Positions 24,571 to 37,429 are shown, numbered from the stretch's first letter. The stretch is DNA of 64,000 nucleotides from Felis catus (GCF_018350175.1 NC_058375.1:9796001-9860000); one strand, 5' to 3'. Program-made: numbers and translations. Notes: generated from the sequence alone by a model not told the origin.

Positions 24571-24795
24571 TTTTTTTTTTAATTTTTTTTTTCAACGTTT
24601 ATTTATTTTTGGGACAGAGAGAGACAGAGCTTGAACGGGGGAGGGGCAGAGAGAGAGGGAGACACAGAATCGGAAACAGGCTCCAGGCTCCGAGCCATCA
24701 GCCCAGAGCCTGACGCGGGGCTCGAACTCCCGGACCGCGAGATCGTGACCTGGCTGAAGTCGGACGCTTAACCGACTGCGCCACCCAGGCGCCCC
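24571..24795 (-). mobile_element. Young felid Can-SINE, perfect TSD ggatcatgttttt
   Basis: TSD 24558-24570 / 24796-24808; CpGs retained. Confidence 0.96.
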
Positions 24796-25952
24796 GGATC
24801 ATGTTTTTAGTGTCAAGTCTAGCGACTCTGCCTGGCCCTAGGTCCCCAAGCGTTTCTCCTGTGTTTTCTTTTCTAAAAGTTTTATGTTTTCTATTTAAGT
24901 TGGTGATCCATTTTTGAGTTAGTTTCTGAGTAATGTGTGAGACTTAACTCAAGGGTCTTCTTTTCTCTTAGGAATATTCACTTCAGTGTCATTTGTTTAA
25001 AAGCTGTTTCCTTCATTGAATTACTTTTGTATCTTATCAGAGGTCGATGGGCATATTTGTGTGAGTGGGGACTGCTTCTGGATTCTCAGTTCTGTTCCGT
25101 TGATCTGTATGCTGTCTTCTGCTTTTTGTAGGGCAACACAGTCTTCATTATTACGGCTGTACGATAAGTCTCGAAATCTGGTAGACTAATTCTTTCAGCT
25201 TTGTTCTTTTTTCCCCCAAATTGTTTAGCTGTTATAGTTATTTTGCCTTTCCATATAATTTGAGAATCATTGTAGAATTTTAGGATAATCTTGTATCTAC
25301 CAAAAAAAAAAAAAGTCTCAGTGGGACTTTGACAGGAATTGTGTTAAACCTATATTAGCAATTTGGGGAGAATTGCCATTTCTACCATGCTTCGCTCTTT
25401 GAATCATGAACATGATTTATTTAGACATTCTTTGATTTATTTGTGTCATGTAGTTTTCAACATAAAAGCCCTGAACATTCATGCTTGTTGGATTTTACCT
25501 AAATCTTTTATCTTGGAATGACTGTAAGTGGTATTGGCTTTTTTAACTTTGATGTTCATGTGTTCCTTACAAGTGGAAGAAAACACAGCCGATTTTGTGT
25601 GTAGATCTTGTATTTTGTGGCTTTGATGAACTCAGCAGTTCTAAGAGTTTTTTTGGCAGATTCCTTCGGATTTTCTATATAAATAATCATGTAATCTGCA
25701 AATAGGGACAGTTTTATTCTTTTCTGATCTGTATGCTTTTTTATTTCCTTTTCTTGTTGAGCATTGGTTTTCATTCTTCTTTAAATATTTGGTAGAACTC
25801 CTAAGTGAAACCAATTAGGCCTGAAGATTTCTTTTTTGGGAGTTTTTGTATTATGAGTTCGGTTTCCTAAATAGCCACAGGGCTATTCAAGTGATCTACT
25901 TCATATTGGGCAAGTTATGGTCATTTGTGTTTTTAAATGAAATTAATTTCTT

Positions 25953-26170
25953 AAAATTTTAAAAATATTTATTTATTTTTGAGACAGAGAGAGAGAGACA
26001 GAGTGCGAGCAAAGGAGGGGCAGAGAAAGAGAGAGACACAGAATCTGAAGCAGGCTCCAGGCTCTGAGCTGTCAGCACAGAGCCTGACGTGGGGCTCAAA
26101 CCCATGAACTGTGAGATCATGACCTGGGCTGAAGTCAGACGCTCAACTGACTGAGTCACCCAGGCATCCC
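25953..26170 (-). mobile_element. Can-SINE, 19-bp TSD taaatgaaattaatttctt
   Basis: TSD 25934-25952 / 26171-26189. Confidence 0.95.
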
Positions 26171-26190
26171 TAAATGAAATTAATTTCTTT

Positions 26191-26419
26191 TCTTTTTTTT
26201 TCTTAATTTTTTTTTTAACGTTTATTTATTTTTGAGACAGAGAGAGACAGAGCATGAACAGGGGAGGGGCAGAGAGAGAGACGCACACAGAATCCGAAAC
26301 AGGCTCCAGGCTCTGAGCTGTCAGCACAGAGCCCGACGCGGGGCTTGAACTCACGGACTGCGAGATCATGACCTGAGCCGAAGTCGGCCGCTTAACCGAC
26401 TGAGCCACCCAGGCGCCCC
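26191..26419 (-). mobile_element. Can-SINE, 15-bp TSD gaaattaatttcttt
   Basis: TSD 26176-26190 / 26420-26434. Confidence 0.95.
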
Positions 26420-27051
26420 GAAATTAATTTCTTTAAGTTGTCCAATTTATGTATACAGCATACAGTTGTTCATAATAGTCCCTCATTATCCGTTCAGTTC
26501 TCTTGTGTCATTCCTGATACTTTCTGGTTTCTCTTTGTCAGTCTTGCTGGAAGGTCAATTTCATCAGTCTCATCAAAGAACTAGCTTTTTGTTTCATTGA
26601 TTCCCCCCCCCCCCATTGTTTTCCTCTTTCCAATTGCATTGATTTCTGCCCTTTAGTGTTCCCTTGCCTGGGATGTATTTGGGTCTTGTTTTTTAGGTGC
26701 TTGGGGTGAGAGCTTTGATTATTAATTTGAGACTTTTTTCCTTGTTTCTAACAAGGAAACATTTTGTGTTTCCTAACAAGCATTTTGTGCTATAGATTTC
26801 CCTCTCTCTCCCAGCATTTGCTGTGTCCCAGAAATTTTGATATGTGATATTTTCATTTTCATTCTGTTCAGTGTATTTTTGATTTCTCTTGAGACTTCCT
26901 TCTTGACCCGTGAGTTATTTAGAAATGTGTGGCTTAGTTTCTGAGCCCTTGGAGATTCTCCCGTTATGCTCTCTTCTGATTTCTAGTTTGAATCTGTTTG
27001 ATCAGAGAATTTACTTTCTATGATTTCAGTTCTTTTACATCTGTTGAGGTT

Positions 27052-28025
27052 TATTTTTTCCAGTTTTATTGAGCTGTAATTGACTTATAGCACTGTATTA
27101 GTTTTAGGTACACAACATGATGACTTCTATATCTTTGAATAGCAAATGTTTACCATAATGGTTTAATTAACAACTGTCACTTCATACTGTTAGACATTTT
27201 TTTTTCTTATGATGAAAACTTTTAAGGTTTACTCTCTTAGGGACTTTCAAATATACGACATAGTATTGGAAACTGTAGTCCCCATACCCTACGTTGTGTC
27301 CCCAGGACTTACTTGTCTTGTAACTGAAAGTTGGTACTTTTCGACCAACTTCAACCATTTTGTTCACCCCCGATCCCTGGCCTCTGGCTATCGCCGGTTC
27401 ATTCTCTGTATCTACAAGTTCAGTTTTTTGTTCATTTGTTTGTTTGATTCCACCTGCAAGAGAGATCATACAGTGTTTGTCTTCCTCTGTCTGACTTGTT
27501 TCTCCCAGCGTAATGCCCTCAGTGGCCTTCCATGTTGTTGTAAATGGCAGAACTTCTTTCTTTTTTATGGCTAAATATGTCCCACCGTATATATAACATG
27601 TTCCGTTGTATACTTACACCTCGTTTTCTTTATCCATTCACCCGTCACTGGACACTTAGGTTGCTGACACGTCTTGGCTACTGTGACTAATGCTGCAGTG
27701 AACCCAGGAGTGCAGGTATCACATCCAGAGCCTGTTTTCATTGCCTCTGGACATCTACCCAGAAGTAGAGTTGCTGGATCATAGGGTAGTTCTATTTTTA
27801 ATTTTTTGAGGAACCTCCATACTGTTTCCCATTGGTGCGGCCCTGTTTATATTCGCACCAGCAATGCATGAGGGTTCCTTTTCTCCACATCTTCTCCAGC
27901 GTTCGTTATCTCTTGGGATTTTAATGGCGGCCATTCTGACAGGCGTGAGGTAACATCTCTCAGTGGTTTTGACTTGCATTTCTCCCATGGTTAGTGATGT
28001 TGAGTACCTTTCCGTGCACCTGTTC
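27052..28025 (-). mobile_element. L1 (L1MA/L1_Carn-like) 3' end with ORF2 tail
   Basis: cagttttattgagctgtaattgac… 3' end; minus-strand peptide EMQVKTTERCYLTPVRMAAIK. Confidence 0.85.
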
Positions 28026-28214
28026 AGTCGATCACATATGTTTCTCGATGCTATCCTTATTTTTATACCTGTTTTGTTTTCTTCCAGAAGTTTTTAGGAT
28101 CTTCTTTTTATCCTTGATGTTCGGAAACTTCACAGCATGACTAAGCATTTTTCGTTCGTTATACCCACTGGGTACTCTGTTGAGAGTTTAAAACTTAAAA
28201 AAAAAATTACAAAA

Positions 28215-28585
28215 TAATATGAAATCTAAAAAAGCCCAAATGACTAAGCAAGCAAACAAAAATCAGAACCAGACCTATAAACGCAGAGAAGAATACACTG
28301 ATGGTGGCCAGCAGGAAGGCTCGTTGGGGGCAGGGGACGGGTGGCCAACACGGGTGAAGGGGTGTGTGAATAGTGGGCTTTCGGTTATGGAAGGAGTAGG
28401 TCACCGGAGTAAAAGGCATAGTATAAGGAGTATAGTCAACGGCATTGTAATAGCGTAGGGCGGACACAGGGCAGCTACACTTGTGAGCACAGAGTAATGT
28501 TTAAACTCGTTGAATCCCTATGTTGTACGCCTCAAACTAATGTAACGTTGTGTGTCAACTCCACTGAAATGAGAAGGTTAAAAAA
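28215..28585 (+). mobile_element. Carnivore L1 3' UTR fragment
   Basis: aatcagaaccagacctataaacgcagagaa…ctatgttgtacgcctcaaactaatgtaacgttgtgtgtcaact. Confidence 0.75.
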
Positions 28586-28910
28586 GACTCTTGTCCAGTT
28601 TCTCCAGGTCACTCCTGTCATCAAAGAATGAGTGAGGTTCCAGCACCTGTCTTTGTTTTTTTTTGTTTGTTCGCTTTCCTATTAATCATTAACACCAATA
28701 GAAATATTAACTAAGATTCTTGTCAAAATCATACTTGCTATTTACATTAATAGCTGGCTACAGATAGAAAAGTTCAGCCAAAACCAATGGAAAATTCTGT
28801 GCGCATCAATTGATAACATAGAATTCTCGTTAAAGAATATTGTCCATTTTATTATTATTTATAAACTGTGTGCTCTGTACTCCCTATCAGTAAAATTTAA
28901 AGTAAACATG

Positions 28911-29208
28911 TATGACTTATTTCACTTAGCATAATAAGTCATACGGAGAAAGACAGACACCATATGTTTTCACTCTTATGTGGATCCTGAGAACCTTAAC
29001 AGAAGATCATGGGGGAGGGGAAGGGGGAAGAAAAAAGGGAGGGAGCCAAACTGTCAGAGACTCTTAAAAACTGAGAATAAACTGAGGGTTGATGGGGGGT
29101 GGGAGGGAGGGGAAGGTGGCTGATGGGCACTGAGGAGGGCATCTGTTGGGATGAGCACTGGGTGTTGTATGGAAACCAGTTTGACAATAAATTTCATATT
29201 AAAAAAAA
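28911..29208 (+). mobile_element. Short cat-type L1 3' end with micro 5' inversion, TSD taaacatgtat
   Basis: TSD 28903-28913 / 29209-29219; 28911-28934 is the reverse complement of the L1 sequence ttatgctaagtgaaataagtcata. Confidence 0.88.
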
Positions 29209-30538
29209 TAAACATGTATATATGCCAGAAAAAAAATTTTTTTTTCCCCAGGACTTCTGTAGTTTTTATGTTTAGCTCCTGGATTGATTTTTCAATTTTC
29301 ATTACTTTTAAATCTTGATCTTGATTCTTCTGTATTTTTTTGTGAGACTTTCTTGGTACTGTTCCTCTTCTGTTTTTAAGTTTAGTGATTTTTATATCCT
29401 AAGAGTGGTACATTTTTTCTGTCCTCTTGTATTAATATCCTATAATTTTACGGGTGCAAAATTGTCTTCACATTTTCTTTCAGTGTCTTATACAGAATGC
29501 ATTGCCTGAGTGTTTCTACAGAGCTTTTATATAGCTATGGAGACATTATTTAGTTCTTTTATATTCTAGATACTGTTCTCTGTAGCTTTACAAGAGTTTA
29601 CTTAATCCTCCACCCACGAGATAGTCCTTTGTCTCCATCCTCGGTCTCCATTCCACAGCTGGCCAGTGGCAGAGCCAGGATCTGAACCTAGGCCTCTGGC
29701 TTCAGAGCCCGCTGTGTGTACGTAGACTAGGTGGTCCCGCTGGGGTCAGCTGGCTCTGAGCTGTCTTGTCATACGAGGGTGAGACTCTGCAGCTGACTAG
29801 AAGCTCTCTGTGCAGGGGCCGTGCTTGTCTATTTGTGGGACCCGCACCTGGTGTTTGGGTGGAGACCTAGACATTCAGCCAGGACTCCTGAGGGTCTCTG
29901 TCTATGGGTTTTCCTTTGGGATGATTCGTTTCTCAGGAGGATCCTGGGAAGAGGGTGTGCCAGGCTGATAAAAGACTGGCCTCGGCATTCTGAGGGCTGA
30001 GTAGGGAAATGCGACACGCAGACCTTCCAGGCGCCTGGGCTTTTCCCTGTTGTCATTACGGCTCTTGCGCTTGCCTTCAGCTGTGGTGGGCGTTCGTGAG
30101 CCCAGGGACTTTCTGGTCCACTTGCTTCCTGGAATGTGTTTGCCATTTTCTGCCCCGGCATGGGAAGGAGTGTGGACAGTCTAAGAGTTTCTTACGGACT
30201 TTGAACCCCTCTTTCTGTTTTTCAGCCCGACCCTACATCCCGACCTTCAGAGGTGCCTGGTAACTCAGTTCCTGGGGTTTTCTGGATTTCCCTGGCATTG
30301 CCTTCCACTCCGCCTGCCGCGCGCTCCATGTGTTTTCTCTGCTTACAGCAGCCGTTTCTGGGACCTCACTCTCCCTGCCTCCAGGGTTCATGGACATTTC
30401 CCTCTTCTGTCATGTCTCTTCTTTGCCCTGTGGGTTTCTACCTTTTTTTTTTTTAATTACTTTATAATTCTGTTGGAGTTTTGGGAGTTGGTATAAATGT
30501 ATGTTTAATCTGTCATATTTAAACTCCTACTTTTAAAC

Positions 30539-30736
30539 TTTTTTTAAAAAGATTTATTAGAGAGAGAGAAAAAAAAAACGAGTGGGGGAGGGGCAGAGAG
30601 AGAGGGAATCCCAAGCAGGCTCTGCTCTATCAGTGCAGAGCCCAACGTGGGGCTCGAATTCATGAACCCGCGAGATCACGACCTGAGCTAAATCAAGAGT
30701 CGGACGCTTAACAGACTGAGCCACCCAGGTGCCCCC
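30539..30736 (-). mobile_element. Can-SINE (aaatcaagagt variant), TSD tcctacttttaaa
   Basis: Flanking direct repeats; SINE head gagccacccaggtgcccc. Confidence 0.92.
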
Positions 30737-33700
30737 AAATTCCTACTTTTAAAAGAAGGACACGCATCATCCTTAGAACAGTTCTGACCTAAGCATATCA
30801 GGGAAGGGTCTGTGAAGAATAAGGCCTGGAGATGAGAGGTGTTCAGCTTTGCACTGTGCCTGGTGTGTGACAGCAAGTTATACACATCTGTGCAGAGGTG
30901 TCCTGGCAAGCGAGGGAAGAGCAGGCCGATGACGGTCTCCGACTGGGGAGAAATGGGACATGACAGATGAGACAAGCGTGGATATGGGTCCTATTCCTTC
31001 CGGGATTTGCATTGTCCAGCCAGGCCCCCTGGGAACCCGGCTCTAGCAGAGGGTGGATTGGGTCCTGTTAACATGTGAGATCCGGTTCACATGCTGTGGT
31101 TATGTAAGCACGTGCCCAGTCCGGTGGTACCTGAAGGATATAGCACTGGTCTGGGCTTGGAGACTGCAAGGGAAAAAGAGCTTCACAGTCTTTGAAAGGG
31201 TGAGCCTTCACTGTGCGGGATAGACCCTAACATTTTCTGCCAGCTCAGCATCCAATTCTCATTCCTCACAATATCTGGATGCTCTGAGGGGATACCTTCT
31301 CCCTAGCGTGAATGATTTAGTTAGGAGAGGTCAAGTCCATCGCTTGCTCTCTGTTTAGTTGCTGATGGGGCAAGTCCTTCCTCTCACCATCCCAGCCTGG
31401 GTATGAGTGGGGGGACCCAAGCTCTGCCCAGCACATGCCCTTGTCTGAGACTGACTTCCGAGAGAGTGATGAAACCCCAGAAGAAAAATGGTTGGCAGTC
31501 ACGCATCTCAGCTGTTGTTCCCAGACCAGAGACTTACGCCTCGATACGGTTCCTGCCGTTTTTGCTTCGAGGTCCCAGGAGATGTCTTAAATGTTTTGTA
31601 AGTTACAGTACCGACTGTCCCTTTCTTAAGTAAGAACAAGGAATCCTTTGGAAGGATACGGAAGGTCAGATTTGAAACATGGGCACTGACCAAGGCTGTT
31701 CCGGAGAATTAAGAAATAGGACGCGTGAAAATCCTATTTTAGCAAAAACAGTCCACCAGACCAGAGATGCAGTTACTCAGGCATGCTGTTAGGTCATCAG
31801 GCTACCGCTCCACAGACACCCCAGAATTATCCCAATTGTTCCTTTGTTTCCTACTATTCTCCGTAGATTCAAAGTCTCAGTTGGGAGGGTGGGGAGCCAG
31901 GCTCCCGTCACACACCTGCCCACTGATTGCCAGGAGCTGGGGGAGAAGAAGGAAGATTCTCACCCTCTCTTTTGGTTTCTAGGGTTAAATGCTGAGGCAA
32001 TTAATACCGTGACTTATCGGTATTGCCCCAGAATAAGAAAGTCAGATTCTAGACAGCCCCAAAAGAGACAAGCCCGCCACACTGTTGATTTCCATTACAC
32101 GTTTCCCCCCTTTATTGGGGTTCCACACATTTCCTATTTCTTTCCAATGAATTCTCCTTGTTTACCAGTAGAATCCCGCGTCTTGTATTCAGAGATCGCT
32201 AAATACAGTATGTCCCAATGCTCCCATAGGAACTTTGTTTTTTGTTTTGTGCATCCTGGAAGTTTGGGGACCTTGAAGTCTGGACTCCCAATTTGTTCTT
32301 GTCTGATCAGCTTGGTTAGAATGCTTAGGGGAATAAATAACCTGCAAGTCTTTTGCCGATAGCAGCTTAGTGAGGACTGGCCATGAAGAACATTTTCCAT
32401 ATTCTTGGCTTATGAGCTCACCGTTCTCATTGCCGTGTCAGTACTGAGCCCAAGTGCCAGCACTTGGATACGAGGCTGTGGAATGAGTCAGTGTGGCCAA
32501 TCCATTCTAATTTGGCACGTTCAAGCTTGAGTACTTTTCATCAAGTTGTTCATTATTTGGGGCTGGGAGGCAATTTTCACGTGAAAATGAATATGTGGCC
32601 CCTTTGCCCACTGCTGGGATTTGGTTAAGGAGCTTTAGCCAGCTCTGGGGGACCAGAACTCCCTGAAACGATGTTTGAGATAGAGGGTCCATGGTTTTCA
32701 GGGGGCTCACAGGGGTCCACCATACCCCAAAAGACTTAGTCATTGACTCGTGTCCTGAATTCCGAACTTCTTAAAAATAACCTTTTAGATAGCGGTGGTG
32801 GCCCCATAAATCTGTAACTTTACTAAAAACCGTTGCACTGTAGACTTTGAATGGGTGGGCTGTATGGCCACTGAATTGCATTTCAGCGAAGCTATTAAAA
32901 ATGGACCCTTTGTTAACCTATTTTGAAGCAGGGGACCCCCTGAACAAGAAGCCCATCTTGGGTCCTCAATGAATTTGGGTCTTATTAAGCTTGTTTGTAT
33001 GTAATTGCCTGTTTTTATGTAATTCTCTGGTTCTAGATGCACCCAACTACAGTAATTTTGTGGTGCTTCTCAGTGAGTTATTTGGCCTCTAATACCACAC
33101 TGAGAACCATGCCTAATTCTATGGCGGGTTAAAAGCCAGAGCTCATTTAATTTATTGCCCTATAAATTGTGGTGGTTACAGTAATAGGAGAAGACATGAG
33201 CACGGTGAAAGTTTAGCCAAGTTCCCTTACTTTAATGACCCCCATTGGTATTTTGCACCCTGTTAAGTGATTACATGGTGAGTGAAGAAGTGTTCGGGAC
33301 CTTGAGGGGGGAGTGCTAAGTAGTGATGTTGAGACTCAAGTGCTGTAATTGAAGCCAAAGCAGAAGAAAGCCTGCCGTGGTGCCCACCTGAGGTCCCACT
33401 GACTGCATCAGAAAATAAGGTCAACGTGCAAAGCGTCAAGGAAAAAGACCTCCATCGTGCCTTGCACGTAGCCCTCCGAGGGCAGGTCTGACGATGTCCT
33501 GTTCCTGGTTGATGCCTAGCTGGCTCCCCGGGGATCACAGCTGCAGCAAGTGTACGTTCACTTCCACAGTGCGAGGGCCCTCGATCCTAAAGGCTAAAGG
33601 CCATCTGCTCTTGTGTGGCAGAGAGGGCTGTGTTGCACGTTGCTGACGACGGCTCTCGATACAGGCAACTTACGGGGGATTGTTTGCCGTTTAGGGGTCC

Positions 33701-34440
33701 GTGGGTCCCAGTGCAGAGCTAGGACACACTAGTTAGGGTGAATGGAAAATGGGGCAGTAGGGCGACAAACAGCTGAGTTTCTGCTGCCGAAGTAGAAAGT
33801 CAACAGGACTCTTCCCGGGTACGTTCCAGCTGCCATGTTGACCTGCCCTCTGAAAACTGTCCTGTCTCTTCCCACCTCCTAGGACAGCTTAGGAAGTCAT
33901 TCATATCCAGGAGATCAACACAGTGCATCCTTTCCAGGGTTCAGCAAACTTGTTTGGTGTGTATATTGTTCTGCACGCACATTCTGCACACGTACGGGTG
34001 CTCTTAGGCTAATTGGCATCGAAAACATTGAAATACTCTGTTCCTTCCATGTTGGGACCAACTGCCAAGAAGCTCTTGCCAGGTGCCAGGCTGTGAGCTA
34101 AATGCTTTGAATAGGTTAATTTTCACTCAGCCCTCTTAATCCCATGAGGTAGGACATACCCTTTTTGCATAAGAGAAAGCCGAGGCTTAGGAATGTTAGT
34201 TGAATTGCCCAGGGCCGGACAAATAGGAAGCAGGGGTAATAGAATGCTGTCCTGGGTCAAATTCCACAGCTTTTAACTACTGCTACTGCTCCTTCTATTC
34301 CAGACAGTATTTCTCTCTATGCTTTCTTGGCCAGTTTTTTTCCCCGTGGTGCAGGTTTCTGGGGGTGTTTTAGCTGGGAAGGGGAGTGAGCAGTTAATGG
34401 TTGTCGTCATGTGCCATGGACTAGTAAGTCAGTCACCAGC

Positions 34441-34994
34441 CAGATGGGGCAAACGTTGGCCTGTGGGGCAAATATAGGCTATGGCTCTAGAGCTAGAATG
34501 ATTTTTTTTTTTTTTTCAGTTTTAAGTGGCTGGAAAAAAATAAAAAGAAGAATAACACTTTGTGATACCTGAAAACCAGATGAGATTCAAGTTCTAGTGT
34601 CTATAAATAAAGTTTTTTTTTTAATTTTTTTTTCAACGTTTATTTATTTTTGAGACAGAGAGAGACAGAGCATGAATGGGGGAGGGGCAGAGAGAGAGGG
34701 AGACACAGAATCGGAAACAGGCTCCAGGCTCTGAGCCATCAGCCCAGAGCCCGACGCGGGGCTTGAACTCACGGACCGCGAGATCGTGACCTGGCTGAAG
34801 TCAGACGCTTAACCGACTGCGCCACCCAGGCGCCCCTATAAATAAAGTTTTATTAGAACACAGTCATAACCACAGATATGGCTGCTTTCATGCTCCCACG
34901 GCAGAGAGGAGTAGCCGTGACTGAGATTCTATGGCTTGAAGAGCCTGAAATATTTATTATCTGGCCCGTTGTAGAAAACCTTTGCCAACCCTTG
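34441..34994 (+). mobile_element. MER58B-like hAT-Charlie element, split by a SINE
   Basis: ctataaataaagttttattagaacacagtc…aaatatttattatctggccc…tttgccaaccc. Confidence 0.75.
34617..34836 (-). mobile_element. Young felid Can-SINE, TSD tataaataaagtttt
   Basis: TSD 34602-34616 / 34837-34851. Confidence 0.96.
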
Positions 34995-35282
34995 ATCTAG
35001 ATGGTCGTGTTTGCTCTCCCAGAGAAGAATGACGTCCTAAGCTCTTTTGGGAGGTGGGAGGAGACGGGACAGTTTTTAGAGGGCAGATCACCAGGGCAGT
35101 TGGGTACAAAGTCAGATCAATGGAATTATATATATAGTTATCTGCACTGTTCTGTAACCATTCTTTGCGGGCACACTGTGCTTGCTGTCCAGTGGTTCCT
35201 GGTGACCCAGGGTACTGTTCATGTTCTGGACAGCTATAGCTGGATGTCTGGAACCCTGGGTCCTACCTTTCTATATATGACA

Positions 35283-35790
35283 CGAAAGCGTTCAGAGTAT
35301 ACAACCCCAAATATGCCCCTTTGACATAAGGGCCATGTTGAGCTGAAGGCAACTGAGAGAAAGCAGACGCAAGAAAAATACTCTGCCCTCTCCTCTCTAC
35401 CCTGCTTAATCACTGGGGACAACTCTTGATTCTTTGGGGCCCAGAGACCGCACCAGAGGAATCTGCCTAACAAACCTCAGTAAGCAACTCTTTTTTCCCC
35501 CATTACTTTTCCCCATACATTTGCCACCCCTGAAAGCCTAAACCCGTTTCCCTTTTGCTTCCCTACAAATGTATTGTCCTTTGTTCAGATGCTCTCTAAA
35601 GCCCAAGTTCTAACACCCCCCTTGGAATTCCTCATCTGAGTTTCTCCCCTATGCGTGCCATGTGCGCTGCATGGGTTAACAAACTTGTTTGTTTTCCTCT
35701 TGTTAGTCTGTCTGTTGTCCTTCTAATTTGCAGGGGCCCCAGCTGGAGAGTCTTGGAGGGTAGAGGGAAAAAGTCTCTCCTCCATCGGCA
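35283..35790 (+). mobile_element. MER34-like ERV1 solo LTR
   Basis: accccaaatatgcccctttgacataagg…ttgagctgaaggcaactgaga matches recalled MER34 start; ends …ggCA; 4-bp TSD gaca/gacg. Confidence 0.78.
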
Positions 35791-36425
35791 GACGCTAGAC
35801 TAGGTAACTTAGATGGAGGGTTGGGGGGCGCAGGGTTAAATTGAGGTTCCCCTTGCACACCACAGTTATGGCTTAGGGAGAGACTTGAAGGCTGGACCTG
35901 CCCTCTGACGAGAGGGGAGCTGATGCACACCGGACACTGATTGTGCTACATGTTTTGCTCGGTGTTGACTTTAAGCCTCAGTAGTCTGGAGAGGGGACAA
36001 CATTATGTTCCTGTAAAGATGCTGAAGGTAAGACTGACGTCGGGTGATACACACTCAGACCCACTTCTCGAGCACCTGTCCGGGTGCCAGGTGTCGTGCT
36101 GTGGATACAAGGACTAACAGGCCAACCCCGTGCCCTTGGGTTCTGACTAACACATTCTGAGGTTGGCCTCTAGATTCGGACATGCGTGCCTGGAAGCCTG
36201 ACGTGTTTCTACGCCATCACGTTTGCTTCTCAGTGCGTGCATCTTGAGCAGACCTGCAGATGTGTTTCATGTCAGACTGACAGCTCTTGACCCAGCTGAT
36301 CCAAGCAGCATTACTCCGTGATTAGTGCCAGGAGCCTACACTCCATAAACTGGCCAGCAGTTACCATGTGCCAGACCCTGTGTTAGGCACAGAGGGTATG
36401 AAGATCAGTGACAGCCACTTTTCTT

Positions 36426-36624
36426 TTAGTATTTTTAATGTTAATTTTGGAGAGCGAGAGAGAGCATGAGCAGGGGAGGGGTAGAGATGGGGGGCGGTGG
36501 GCAGAGGATCCGAAGCGGGCTCTGTACTGACAGCCGAGAACCCGATGTGGGGCTCAAACTCATGAACCATGAGATCATGACCTTAGCTAAAGCTCCTTAA
36601 CTGACTGAGCCACCCAGGCGCCAC
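36426..36624 (-). mobile_element. Can-SINE, 16-bp TSD gacagccacttttctt
   Basis: TSD 36410-36425 / 36627-36642. Confidence 0.92.
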
Positions 36625-37429
36625 GCGACAGCCACTTTTCTTAGGCAGTCTCTGTAGAGCGGGTGCGATGTTACGGGACCTCGGGGTTTCTGGTGGGAAG
36701 CAGCAGAAGCAGACTCTGGCTCAGCTCAGCCAAAGACAGGGCACTGAGAGGCTGCGGGGATGGTTCACAGGATTGGAGGAGAAGCTGGACACCTGGGCGC
36801 TGAAAGGACAGGAGCGGGCACCAGCCCTGGAGGTCTGAGGAGCAGGAGATACAGACGGCCGATGCCTTTGGGACGAACTGGTTCTCGCCATTTTCCTCAC
36901 TTGCACCAACACCAGGTTGCCTCGGCAGGAGAATTTCACTTGACTTTGCCTCTCTGTCTACTTCTTTGGCCCCAAGTGGACAGGATCGTAGGTTGATAGC
37001 CAAGTGCACACCAAGGCTGTGTGCACTGGTGGTGGGGACCTCCCAAAGGACACTAGGTTTCTGTTACTGGCAGATGGGGTAAGTGCTGTTGGGTAAGTAA
37101 GTGAAAACCAGGGTCCCCGTGTGTCATGAACTATAGGAGCGTAGAGGAACATGCTCAACCCAGCCCCAGAGGTCAGGGAAGAATTTCTGGAGGAAGAAAC
37201 CACTGAGCTGAAACCAGAGTGACAACTGAGGTTAGCTGTTGGGCAAGAAGGAAGCAAAACATCACAAGCGAAGGGAATTGCAGGTGCAAAGGCCCAGAGG
37301 CAGGTGAAGTTTTGGGTTCTTCCCTGTTGGTCTCTAGGAATGACAGGTCATTTTGCTCAAGGACGTGTGCTTTTAAGGATCAGGTCCATCCGTCCTTGAG
37401 CTTCCCAAGGTCAACTGAGCATCATGGAT

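Larger units (their letters stand above)
23500..27050 (-). mobile_element. Old L1M (L1MC/MD-like) element, 3' end plus ORF2 pieces, interrupted by SINEs and a gap
   Basis: L1M 3' end at ~23510; minus-strand peptides PLWKTVGQFLK and IKLSLFADYMIIYIENPKES (ORF2 RT region). Confidence 0.8.

Noticed and set aside
24700-24795. tRNA-like A/B-box sequences in SINE heads
   Set aside because: tRNA-derived Can-SINE heads with CT tracts, A-tails and TSDs; not tRNA genes.
31500-32400. Possible ERV-internal or coding segment (172-aa ORF 31844-32362)
   Set aside because: No gag/pol/env motif or other homology that I can recognise, TTG start; left unassigned pending a Dfam search.
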